A DNA stretch of 64,000 bases from the human T2T-CHM13v2.0 reference genome, Homo sapiens: assembly GCA_009914755.4 (NCBI GenBank), contig CP068257.2, positions 29,024,001-29,088,000 on the forward strand. Reading direction: 5' to 3'. This document shows, one piece after another, positions 1-10,946 of this stretch. The translations under genes were made by a program, and so were the position numbers. Position 1 is the stretch's first letter. Every line of letters starts with the position of its first letter. The notes beneath the pieces are model-generated. The model saw only the letters and a list, made by a program, of their open reading frames with translations. It was not told the DNA's origin and made no database searches.

Positions 1-560
1 TTCTTCCTATTTAGCTGTAACTTCGTATTCACCAACCAATCTCTTCCTATCCCTCCTTCTCAGTCTCTAGTAACCACTATTCTACTCCTTACTTCTACTA
101 GATCAAATTCTTCAACTCCCACGTATAAGTGAGAACATGCAGCATTTATCTTTCTGTTCCTTACTTATTTCTCATAACATAATGTCCTTCAGGCTCATTG
201 ATGTTGCTGTGAATGACCGAATTTTATTATTTTTATGGCTAAATAGTATTTTATTGGGTATATATGTGCCAAATTGTCGTTATCCATACATCTGTTGATG
301 GACTCTTAGGTTTATTCTATATCTTGGCTATTGTGAATAATGCTGCAATAAACATGGAAGTGCACACATCTCTTCAACCTACTGGTTCCTTTTCTTTGGA
401 TATATACCCACTAGAGGAATTGCTGGATCATACAGTAGTTCTACTTTTAGCTTTTTGAAGAACCTCTGTACTGTTTTACATAATGACTCTAACAATTTAC
501 ATTCCCATCAGCAGTATATGAGTTTCCTTTTCTTCACATCCTCACCAGCATTTTTTTAAA
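1..560 (-). mobile_element. L1 fragment (ORF2 C-terminal / 3' region) in antisense orientation; older L1P/L1M-type, cut by the window start
   Basis: Shows the reverse-complement L1 hallmarks 'gctattgtgaataatgctgcaataaacat', 'ggatatatacccac', and 'tcccacgtataagtgagaacatgcag', the L1 3'-region antisense motif. Confidence 0.8.
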
Positions 561-574
561 TCATTTTAATAATA

Positions 575-716
575 GGGAAAGATGACCATCAGGATTGAGG
601 TGATGGATATGATAATTACCCAGATTTGATTATTACATGTTGCATGCGTTGATCAAAATATCACACTGTATACCGTAAATATGTACAATTATTACATCTC
701 AACTAAATATATACAT
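575..716 (+). mobile_element. 3' terminus of an older L1 in sense orientation, with a short A-rich tail
   Basis: 'ggtgatggatatgataattacccagatttgattattacatg...caaaatatcacactgtataccgtaaatatgtacaattatta' matches the L1P/L1M 3'-UTR end. A near-identical block lies in the same orientation at 56500-56640. Confidence 0.6.
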
Positions 717-940
717 TAAAAATATGGAAGATCTAAATAAATACAAAAATTCCATGTCATGAAGTGGAAGAAAATATTGTTAAAATGGCAATACTTCTCA
801 AATTGATCTGCAGATTTAACACAATCTCTATCAAAATTCCAGATGTGCATATTATAGAAATTCACAAATTGAATATAAAATTTACATGGAATTGAAAGGT
901 ACCTGGCATAGCAAAAATAAAAATAAAACTTCAAAAGAAG

Positions 941-2110
941 TTGAAGTCTTGCTATTGTGAATAGTGCTGCAATAAACATACGTGTGCATGTGTCTTTATA
1001 GCAGCATGATTTATAATCCTGCGGGTATATACCCAGTACTGGGATGGCTGGGTCAAATGGTATTTCTAGTTCTAGATCTTTGAGGAATTGCCACACTGTC
1101 TTCCACAATGGTTGAACTAGTTTACAGTCCCATCAACGGTGTAAAGGTGTTCCTATTTCTCCACATCCTCTCCAGCACCTGTTGTTTCCTTTTTAATGAT
1201 TGCCATTCTAACTGGTGTGAGATGGTATCTCATTGTGGTTTTGATTTGCATTTCTCTGATGGCCAGTGATGATGAGCATTTTTTCATGTGTCTGTTGGCT
1301 GCATAAATGTCTTCTTTTGAGAAGTGTCTGTTCATATCCTTTGCCCACTTGTTGATGGGGTTGTTTTTTTCTTGTAAATTTGTTTGAGTTCTTTGTAGAT
1401 TCTGGATATTAGCCCTTTGTCAGATGAGTAGATTGCAAAAATTTTCTCCCGTTCTATAGGTTGCCTGTTCACTCTGATGATAGATTCTTTTTCTGTGCAG
1501 AAGCTCTTTAGTTTAATTAGATCCCATTTGTCAATTTTGGCTTTTGTTGCCATTGCTTTTGGTGTTTTAGACGTGAAGTCCTTGCCCATGCCTATGTCCT
1601 GAATGGTATTGCCTAGGTTTTCTTCTAGGGTTTTTATGATTTTAGGTCTAACATTTAAGTCTTTAATCCATCTTGAATTAATTTCCCAAATGTCCATCAA
1701 TGATAGACTGGATTAAGAAAATGTGGCACATATACACCTTGGAATACTATGCAGTCATAAAAAAGGATGAGTTCATGTCTTTTGTAGGGACATAGATGAA
1801 GCTGGAAACTATCATTCTTAGCAAACTATAGCAAGGACAAAAAACCTAACACCACATGTTCTCACTCAGAGGTGGGAACAGAACAATGAGAACACTTGGA
1901 CACAGGCAGGGGAACATCACACACCAGGGCCTGTTGAGGGGTGGGGGGAGGGGGGAGGGATAGCACGAGGAGATATACCTAATGTAAATGACAACTTTAT
2001 GAGTGCAGCACACCAACATGGCACATGTGTACATACGTAACAAACCTGCACATTGTGCACATGTACCCTAGAACTTAAAGTATAATAAAAAAATAAAATA
2101 AAAAAATAAA
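941..2110 (+). mobile_element. Young L1PA-type insertion with a 5' inversion (twin priming): antisense segment 941-1686 joined to sense 3' segment 1687-2106 plus poly(A) to about 2110, flanked by target-site duplication AAAAGAAG(TT)
   Basis: The minus-strand ORFs 1153-1335 and 1332-1700 translate L1 ORF2 C-terminal peptides ('[32 protein letters not shown]', '[20 protein letters not shown]'). Segment 1687-2106 is the near-consensus sense L1 3' end ('ccaaatgtccatcaatgatagactggattaagaaaatgtggcacatatacacc...gggaggggggagggatagc...') ending in 'ataataaaaaaataaaataaaaaaataaaag'. 'aaaagaagtt' is present at 933-942 and again at 2108-2117. Confidence 0.85.
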
Positions 2111-2444
2111 AGAAGTTAAAGTACTTATACTTCCTTATTCAAAGACTTACCACAAAGCCCCATTAACTATGTGATACTGACATAAGGATAGACATATCAA
2201 TCAGTGGAATAAGGGAAAGTGCCCAGAAACAAACCCTTACATTTATTATCAATTGATTTTTGACAAGAGTGTCAGGACCAATCAATGGGAAAGAATAGGC
2301 TTTTCAACAAATGGTGCTGAAACAACTGGGTAATCATATGCAAATAGGTGGAGTTGGTGTCTATCTCACATCTCACGCCATATGCAAGAATTAACTCAAA
2401 TTTTACCAAAAACCTAAATGTTAGAGCTAAAGTTATAAAACTCC

Positions 2445-2799
2445 TTATATTAGTTGTTCTCACACTGCTAATAAAGACATACTCAAGACTGGGTAATTTA
2501 TAAAGCAAAGAGATTTAATGGACTCACAATTCCATACAGCTGGGGAAGCCTCACAACCATGGCCAAAGGCAAAGGAGGAGCAAAGTGAAGTCTTACATGG
2601 TGGCAGGCGAGAGACAGAGAGCATTTGCAGGGGAAGCCCACCTTTTAAAACCATTAGATCTCATGAGACTTATTCACTATCATGAGAACAGCATGGGAAA
2701 AACCTGCCCTCATGATTCAGTTACCTCCCACCACATCCCTCCCACAACATGTGGAGCTACAATTTGAAATTTCGGTGTGGACACAGCCAAACCATATCA
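2445..2799 (-). mobile_element. Solo THE1/MST-type (ERVL-MaLR) LTR inserted into the old L1
   Basis: Reverse complement of the THE1 LTR consensus: starts 'ttatattagttgttctcacactgctaataaagacatactcaagactgggtaatttataaag' and ends 'gtggacacagccaaaccatatca'. L1 sequence resumes immediately after ('...ataaaactcc|LTR|ttctttaaagaaaacacagg'). Confidence 0.85.
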
Positions 2800-3830
2800 T
2801 TCTTTAAAGAAAACACAGGTGTAAATGTTGATGGCCTGGGAGTTGCCAGTCATTCCTTAGATAGGACAGCAAAGGTACAAGCCACAAAATAAAAAGTAAA
2901 TAAATTGCACTTTATTAAAATTAAAAGCTTTTCTGCTTTAAAGGACCCTATCAACAGAGGGAAAAACAAACAATAGTAAGGTTCCAGAAAGTATCTGCCT
3001 TTCATATATTCTATAAGGAATTTGTAATATAAAATACTCTTACAACTCAAAAATGAACAATATTAAATAGTAGACAAAGGATTTGAACAGACAGTTATTC
3101 AAAGAAGATCTTCACATGGTTAATAAACACATTTAAAAAGCTGCACAACATTATTAGCCCTTAATGAAATACAAATCAAAATCACAATGAGAAAACACTT
3201 CGCATCCAGTAGGACGTGTATAATCAAAATGACAAAGAATAACAAGTATTGGCAAGGATGTGGAGAAATTCAAGGCTTATACATTATTGGTGGGAATAAA
3301 GAATGGTAAAACCACTTAGAGAAACAGTTTGACTGCTCCTCAAAAAATTAACTAAAGAGTTTCCATATGACCCACGATTCCACTCTTAAAGACTTTCACC
3401 CAAAAGAATTGTAAACATATGTCCACACAAAATATTACGTATGAATGTTTGCAGCAGCTTTATTTATAATAGCCAAAAGTAGAAATCATCCAAATGTCCA
3501 TCAATTCATAAATGGATAAACAAAAGTGACAAATTCATATAAGGGAATATTATTAAACCACAAAAAATAATGAAGTACCGATATGTGCTACCATGTGGAT
3601 GAGCAGCAAAAACATGCTAAGTTAAGGAAGCAAGATATAAAATGCCACCTGTTACACAGTTCCATTGCTATGAAATGTCCAAATACTTAGAGACAGAAAA
3701 TAAATTTGTAATGACTAAGGACTGGAGGAAAGTGGGAGTGCAGCATGACTGCTAACAAGTACAGGGTTTCTTTGGCAACTGATGAAAATATTTTAATATT
3801 AGATAGTGGTTATGTTTTAACACCCCTGCA

Positions 3831-4217
3831 TGTATTAGTCCATTTTCACACAGCTATAAAGAACTATCTGAGACTGGGTAATTTATGAAGAAAAGAGGTT
3901 TAATGGACTCACAGTTCTGTAGGCTGTACAGGAAGCATACTTGGGAGGCCTCAGGAAACTTATAATCGTGGTGGAAGGAAAAGGGTAAGCAAGCACATCT
4001 TTACTATGGCAGATCAGGAGAGAGAAAGAGCAAAGGGGGAAGTGCCACACACTTTTAAACCAACAGATCGTGGGAGAACTCATTCACTATTGTGGGAAAA
4101 GCAAAGGGGGTGCTCGCCTCCATGATTCCATCACCTCCCACTAGGCCACTCCTCTGCCACGTGGGGATTACAATTTGACTTGAGATTTAAGTAGGGACAC
4201 AGAGTCAAACCGTATCA
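3831..4217 (-). mobile_element. Solo MST/THE1-type MaLR LTR inserted into the 3' end of the old L1
   Basis: Starts 'tgtattagtccattttcacacagctataaagaactatctgagactgggtaatttatgaagaaaagaggtttaatggactcacag' and ends 'gggacacagagtcaaaccgtatca'. Flanking L1M 3'-end sequence is continuous across it. Confidence 0.8.
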
Positions 4218-4427
4218 CTGGATATACTAAAATTCACATATAAAGCGCACTGAATTGTGCACTTTAAAAGGCTGAATTTGATGGTGTGTGAATCATTTCA
4301 AGTTTTTAAAGCAATACCATGGGTAAGTTTGAAAAACAGGAAAAACACCGGACAGAAGATATAATTTTTTGGAGGAATCAGTGGATGATAAAAAGTTGAT
4401 AAATATGTCACTTTTTTGTAATATCCC

Positions 4428-4637
4428 TATTTATTTGAGGGACGATTTTGCCCCCCCGGGGGCATTTGACAATGTCTGAAGACATGCTCAGTTGAAGCAA
4501 CTTGAGGGTGTTACTGGTATCTAATGGGAAAAGGCAAGAAATGCTGTCCTACATTTTACAATACACAGGACAGCCTCCCCAACAACAAAGAATTATCTAA
4601 CTTGCCATGCCTATAGTGCTGAGGTTGAGAAACTGTG
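4428..4637 (+). mobile_element. MER20-like hAT-family DNA transposon relic
   Basis: 'gattttgcccccccgggggcatttgacaatgtctgaagacat...ctgtcctacattttacaatacacaggacagcctccccaacaacaaagaattatc...agtgctgaggttgagaaactgtg' resembles the remembered MER20 consensus. An inverted copy lies at 30395-30600. Confidence 0.45.
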
Positions 4638-5279
4638 ACCAAGATATAGTGATTTGTACATACTTAAAATTCACCTAAATTTCTGTATTGTAAAATAGAA
4701 TTTACTTGATGATGTTAATATAAACAGCAGGGTCCAGAGAAAATTTAGAATAGTTTATTCACTAGCTAGTAAGTCTCATGGAGGAGAATGACAAGAACAC
4801 TGCTTATACTAATTTAGCTAAATTATTTGTAGGCCATAGGAGTATATATTACACATATAGAAGTCACTTTCCTCCCTCTATGTGAGTTGTGCTAGACATG
4901 CTCCCTGTACCTCCAGAGATCCACCCTTTCCCCTTTCCTCCTTACATAATGTGTCTGGAAAGTCACCTTCACCCATCTTATCAAGGCCCCCTTGCTCTCT
5001 GGTTTCCCATTATGTTCAATTAATTGGAAAGACCAGCAGGAGAACTGGAGAGTCTGAGTACTTATGTCCCTGGTTCTCTCTCTGCAAGGACTCTGTTAGT
5101 TGGTGGTTGCATTTCTCTACCTAAGGAAACAGCATTTGGGGTGTCCACTCATCTTCACTGACAGATCTCACTAGATTCTGGAGACCACTCCCTTCCCTTG
5201 GAACCTCAGACATAGGCATGGTGGAGACTTCCTACAGTTCCTAGCCCTGAGTGCTTAATCATAGTTTATGGGTTTCTGC

Positions 5280-5619
5280 TGTGATCTGAATATGTGTCCT
5301 CCAAAATTCATATATTAAAATTTAATTGACAATGTGATCATCTTAAGAGGTGGGGCCTTTCAGAGGTGATTAGCTCATGAGGGCTTCATTTTTGTGAACC
5401 AGATTAATGCTCTTATTTTTAAAAAACAAGAGCAGGTCACACAGAGTTTGTCCATTTTTGCCCTTCCACCGTCCACCATATGTCAAGCCAAACACTGAAT
5501 TTGCTGGTGCATTGACCTTGGACTTTCCAGCCTCCAGAAACATGGAAGATAAATTGCTATTGTTTATAAATTACCCAGTTTGTGGTATGTTCTTATAGCA
5601 GCAGGTTTAGACCAAGACA
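5280..5619 (+). mobile_element. MaLR-group LTR (MST/MLT-type)
   Basis: 'tgtgatctgaatatgtgtcctccaaaattcatat...aggtggggcctttcagaggtgattagctcatgagggc...ttggactttccagcctccagaaacatggaagataaattgctattgtttataaattacccagtttgtggtatgttcttatagcagc'. Confidence 0.6.
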
Positions 5620-6432
5620 GTTTCCTTAGATAGCCACCCTCCACCCCCCGGAAAAAAATTTGTATACAGTTATCTTTACAAAACTCTCTTCAAATGTCCC
5701 CTTTGAGCACATCATCTCCTCCTGGCCAAGCTTTTGAGTGACATAGTAAAGCTTGTTTTTAATGATCCCACTATCTTTTTAAATTAATAATCCTATAGCC
5801 AGGACTGTGGTAGAATGTATTTTTCCAAAAGTGACTATGGCACCCCTATACCCAATGAGTATTCAAGTACCATGCCACCCTGAAATTTATACCTAAGCTT
5901 TGGCTGACTTTTGTTTAAGTCTTATAATTTCAAATCTTTATTTACAAGGTTTGGTTCTTTGTATATTACTCTGCAAAGTCTGTGTAACATCAACACTACA
6001 GGATATGCCACTGTTAAAGGTACATAGTTAATACTAGATTAATGCTTACAAGTTGATTCTTTAAAATTATTTGAGCTTATTTTTCTGGTAAAAGATAAAT
6101 CTCTTTAGAAAAATACATAATCCAATTAAATGGTATTAAAAATCAATGAAAACAAAGAAGATACAATTACCAATAATATCTTAGATTCTAATGGCTATTA
6201 TTTTCAAATTGTACCACATTTTCCTAAATATCTTCCCATGAATGCCTAATTAGGATTATTTTTGCTTACAAGTTATTTTTAAATTATTTTTCTTTGTGTC
6301 ATTTGTTTTATTGTTTTATTTATAATAAACTTTGTTATTTTTAGAATAACTTTAGGCTTATAGAAAACTTGCGAAGACAGTGTGGAGGTTCCTCAAATAT
6401 CTCACACCCTATTTCTTTTATTACCAACATCA

Positions 6433-6995
6433 TCATAGTGGGTTGAATAGTGGCCCCAGAAAGATCCGTCCAAATCCTAATCTGTGGTACCTGTGTAAGT
6501 GATGTTATTTAGAAAGAAGATCTTTGCAGATGTAATTGTTAAGGATTTTAAGACAAGATCTTCCTGGATCTAGGGTGAGCCCTAAATCCACAGACACTTT
6601 TTCAACAGCCTCAACTAATAGAATGAGGCAAAACTGCCACTATAGGACTTCCAAGGCGAAGTCAGAAAAAGCAGTGTTGCTCATGCCTGCTGTCTCTCAG
6701 GATGCTCCTTTTTAGAATTCAGCCATCTCACACTGTGAGGAAGCCAGGCAGTAACTGAGACACCACGGGTCAGTGTTCCTGCTGACCACTGTAGTCTCAG
6801 CCCACAGCTTGCATCAACCACCATACATTCGGGTGAATGAATCCTCAGATAACTCCAAATCCAAGAGACTTTAAGCTACTCAAGCTGATTCCTACTGGAG
6901 TGAAGATGAGCTGTCACAGCTGAGCCAAATAAAGAATTGTTGTTCTTTATGCCAGTGAGTATGTGCTGGCTTGTCATGTAGCAAAACAAAATTGG
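6433..6995 (+). mobile_element. MaLR/ERVL-group LTR (MLT-type)
   Basis: 'gggttgaatagtggccccagaaagatccgtccaaatcctaatctgtggtacctgtgtaagtgatgttatttagaaagaagatctttgcagatgtaattgttaaggatttt...ggtgagccctaaatcc' through '...gagccaaataaagaattgttgttctttatgccagtgagtatgtg'. Confidence 0.55.
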
Positions 6996-9894
6996 AAAGA
7001 GCACGTAATGTGTCTCTGTGCTAAGTACAAAAAGACCCCTTTCTCCAGGCTGATATAGTTTCATAGCTTGGCAAATGAAGTAGGGTCATTTCAAGCCCCA
7101 CTCACACCCTTGAATGGGTACCTTGATGAAGACACAACCTGCCCACTATACTAAGAGGTGACGCATGTAACACACCAAATGTAAACAGGTCTTGTTCAAA
7201 AAAGCCCGTTCGGGTTGCTCCTTGACTTATATTTTCTACCCAGTCACAGGGATCTCACCAGTAACTGGGTCTACCTGATTACGTTTCTCATATGGATCTC
7301 TTTCCAGAGAGCATTATACAAAGAGATAAAACAATTAATGGAAGTTTAAAAACACAATATAATCAGTTATATTCAATTCACTGATTTGTTATTTTAAATA
7401 CAAACATAATATAAATATAACAAAATCTTGATCTATGGCGGTATGGATCTGTTGTTAGCTTCTGGCGCCATATTCCGAAAATGCAGTGGATATTTAGACC
7501 AGTTAAAATTAGTAAAAGGGCTACTGTCCTGGTTCTTTATGGATTTATTTCTTGTTTTGAGTGTCTGCTCTTAATCATTCTTCTTGCCTCTTCAAAAACT
7601 CCATGTTCTGTGTTTTAAATCTATTCACATCAGTTCTCATTAAACTGGTCAATTCCTGGTATCATTTCTGACACACTAATGATAGAAATGCTCAGTTTCA
7701 AGCATTTTCTCAGTTTCCAGATGTCATTGATTCACAGGATTTCTATAGCTCTTTACATGGTGATTATTATTATCTTGGATTGCATGACTTTAAGCAACGC
7801 TGAAATGTAAAGGTGATGATTCGGCTCAGAAAAGTTTTTCAAAATTGCCTACTGCATCTGCCTAGGAAAAGCTTTCTCCCCACCTAGTGCTGTGACCACC
7901 AAGACTTTCCAAAGATCAGGATGGGTTTTTCCCCGGCGGGGAAGCTACTTCCACGTGGAATTCATTCTCAGAAATACTTCCCTATCACTCAATTTTTCCC
8001 GTAAGTTCCTTGCAACAACAGCCACCAGTCTTGTTATTACTTTCCTTGTCACGTACTTGAATATTCTCCACCCAGAGGAATTTTTTAATCCATGTATCTA
8101 TGCACTACGTAAGCAATGATAAAATATCCACATAAACTCTGGCAGAGCCTGTCATCTTGTAGACTCATGGGTACTTATCATTTTCCACGGCCCAATGTTG
8201 TTGGCAAACTCAGTATTTTGCAGAGGACTTAACAAAATAAATGCATATGAATCTGTCTTCAATGTGCCCTTATCTTAGAGTATTTCTAATGGGTCTCAGG
8301 CTAACTCACTTTTTTAAGTTTCCGCTTCTTACAGAGAATATTTATTCCCAACATCTCAACTTACAAATGCTGAATTTTATATCTCTTCATAGTTTTTCTG
8401 TACATTTTAAAAATGCAACATGCCTGCATTGTATTGTGTGAAGCTGGAATCATTATTTTTAGGGAACAGTATCTCAACAAAAATAAAATCCAACACTCTC
8501 AACTGAAGAACATTATAATACATCTTAGGATGACTGTTTTAGCTTGATATCATGAGATGGTATTAAGAAGCAGTGTGAGCAGAACTGTATTTGAAATTTA
8601 TCCTCATCTTTTGACTGATTTAAATAAGTTACCTCTGCTTTGAATATAAACGAGTCAGCAGGCATAATTCCTGTGGTTAGCTGAGTTACCCATCCCTAGG
8701 AAGGAACATATTCAGTTTATACATGAATCTGTAGATTCATATGTAGGCTATGGATTTTTCATTTTGAATTATAGGTTACACAAAAATGTATAAAACTCAA
8801 TCTTTTTGTTTTTATGTGGAATCCCAATTTTGCCATAAGGATTCCAGTACCATCTTAACCTTTTGTTACTCATATGTAGCAGAATTAACTATTGTTTTGA
8901 CACAAATTAGTATATGGAATTATACATTAGAGACCTGGAATTTTCCATAGCCACCCTTCGTAGTATAGAAAACTCTCACATTTGGTAATAAAATTTGCAC
9001 ATTGATCCTCGCTCAAAAATCATCTTCATATTCCAAGACTATGCTGAAGCTATTACAAAAACTGCTCTGGGGATCATGGTGGTGAGTACTCTGGCTTAGG
9101 ATGTGGGAGCTTAGAGTATGGGACTTCAGAGGCCAGGCCAAGTCAGTGAGTATGGTTCCAATGAGTGTGGCTGTTGTCACCCATTCTTCTGTGAGAAAAC
9201 AAGTCTTGTGGCTTCTACTGAAAACTTTGATAGCTCAAAGCGATTACCATGAGATTAATCAGCTCAATTTCAAATGATGAGAAATCCTCTTCTTTTCACC
9301 CACCGTTTATAGAACTGGTAATCACCTCTACATCGCTGAGTAACTCTCCACTGCTGGCCACAATTAACATGGGAGTTAGCCTACATCAATCATACTGATC
9401 AGATTCTCTGACATCTGAAACATTTGAACATTTGAATTGCAAATCTCAACATTTTAATTGCAGCTCCTCTTGTCAACTTATTTTTCACTCTAACATCAAC
9501 TATTTTTTCTGCATTCCATGTCTCAGAATGCTTACATTTTCACTTTTTCAATAGAAATGCTTAATCTGCCCTAGGAAATATTGTTCTTATTTGTGTTTAT
9601 TCAGTTCAGTAGGCTTTTGATGTCACAGGTACATTATTTGGAACTCAAACATAAATTTCTCTTCACTTGCAGCTGCAGGTAATTTATCCCCTAAGAATGG
9701 CTGAGTATATGTATGAAAAAGTTGAGTCACCTAATATCTTGTAGCTTCTTATAAAAGAAGAGATGAAATTTGGCTTCTTGTTTACTTTTGCCTTTTTCAT
9801 GAGAAAATGTATTTTCCTCTTATTCTTACATTCAAACACAGCAGATGCACAGGAGATTTTAAAAGCCAGAGATAGTAAACAGGAAGAACAGTCT

Positions 9895-10335
9895 TGCCTT
9901 AGTTTCCCATGGCTGCAGTAACAAAGTACCCAAGCTGGATAGATTTAAACAACAGAGATCTATTTTCTCACAGTTTTAGAAGCCAGAAATCCAGAATCAT
10001 GTTGTTCAAATGGCCATGTTCTTCTGAAGACCCTAAGGGAGAATCTACCCCATCCCTTTCTCCTAGTTTCTGCTGTTGCCAGCAGAATGCTTTGAATTCT
10101 TTGGCTTGTAGACTCATTACTCCAATCTTGCCACCATCGTGATATGGCATTCTCTCTGTGTATCTCTGCATCTCTTCTCTTCTTATAAGGACATCAGTCA
10201 GATTGATTTAGGGCCACCCAGAGTACGACCTCATCTTAACTTGATTGCATCTGCAAAGGCCCTATTTTTCTAAATAAGTCCTATGCACAGTACCAGGGGT
10301 TAGGAACCCAAAATATCTTTTTGGAGAACACAGTT
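9895..10335 (-). mobile_element. MaLR-group LTR (same MST/MLT-type family as 5280 and 44794), reverse orientation
   Basis: Reverse-complement hallmarks 'cagtaacaaagtacccaagctgg...aaacaacagagatctattttctcacagttttagaagccagaaatcc' and '...cttataaggacatcagtcagattgatttagggccaccc...gacctcatcttaacttgattgcatctgcaaaggccctatttt'. Confidence 0.6.
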
Positions 10336-10624
10336 ACAACCCACAATAACACCCATGGTTATTGAGAGTTTCTCAAAATATTCAACCTCAGAATGAGCGA
10401 AAAGGGCAGATCTCCCCTCGTATATTTGCTTCTGTGAGAATTAGGGACCACTTGTACTATTGACCAAGAATAAGTAAAAACCTTAAGACATCAGGAAAAA
10501 GAAGCACACACTGTATCTGTCTTGGAAAATAACAGTGCTAAGGCATCAAAGTCTACTGATAGGAAAAATTAATGACTATAAGCCTATGAAAAACAAAAAT
10601 ACCAGTTTGGCCAACTGCCTGAGA

Positions 10625-10870
10625 CCAGGGAATTAGGAATCAGGCTGACCTGGCTTCAAGTCCTAGCTCTGCTATTTAGTTATCTGTATAATTCCTAATA
10701 GCTGGTTTTACTAAATTTTCATTTATTTATTGGTAAAGTGGTGATAATATGCCATCTTCACTGAGTTTTTGTGAAAAATAAATAGGTTAGTACCTGTAAG
10801 ATGCTTAGTAGACTGGCTGGCACATAACAGCACTCAGTAAAGATCATATACATCTATGTTTATCTTCCCA
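10625..10870 (+). mobile_element. MIR SINE
   Basis: 'gaatcaggctgacctggcttcaagtcctagctctgctatttagttatctgt...' followed by '...ggttagtacctgtaagatgcttagtagactggctggcacataacagcactcagtaaag', the MIR core and 3' region. Confidence 0.7.
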
Positions 10871-10946
10871 CAAAGTAATAAGCTAAAGATAATTAAATTA
10901 TCTATTAATCAGAGTTCACAAAAAAAATAATTTTAAATGATCCAGG

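Larger units (their letters stand above)
717..4330 (+). mobile_element. Old L1 (L1M/L1PB-type), ORF2 through 3' end in sense orientation, split by three later insertions; L1 pieces are 717-940, 2116-2444, 2800-3830 and 4218-4330
   Basis: Colinear L1 ORF2 nucleotide sequence continues across each interruption. Examples are 'ccaatagccaaaa...', 'atgagaaaacacttcgcatccagtaggacg...', 'ggcaaggatgtggagaaattc' and the 3' end 'aaattcacatataaagcgcactgaattgtgcactttaaaaggctgaatttgatggtgtgtgaatcat'. Confidence 0.8.

Noticed and set aside
716-1700. ORFs 716-1108, 1153-1335 and 1332-1700 on the minus strand, plus the similar ORFs at 35655-35888 and 49141-49332.
   Set aside because: These are fragments of L1 ORF2 (reverse transcriptase C-terminal region) from truncated or inverted L1 copies, not host genes.
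7892-8119. 75-aa plus-strand ORF ending '...LVITFLVTYLNILHPEEFFNPCIYALRKQ', which superficially resembles a GPCR or olfactory-receptor TM7 'NPxxY' C-terminus; upstream in-frame sequence reads 'GKAFSPPSAV'.
   Set aside because: The ORF starts with GTG. Spacing between the KAFS-like and NPxIY-like motifs (about 74 aa) does not fit olfactory receptors (about 50 aa). No other receptor motifs (MAYDRY, PMYFFL) occur in any frame nearby. Most likely chance.
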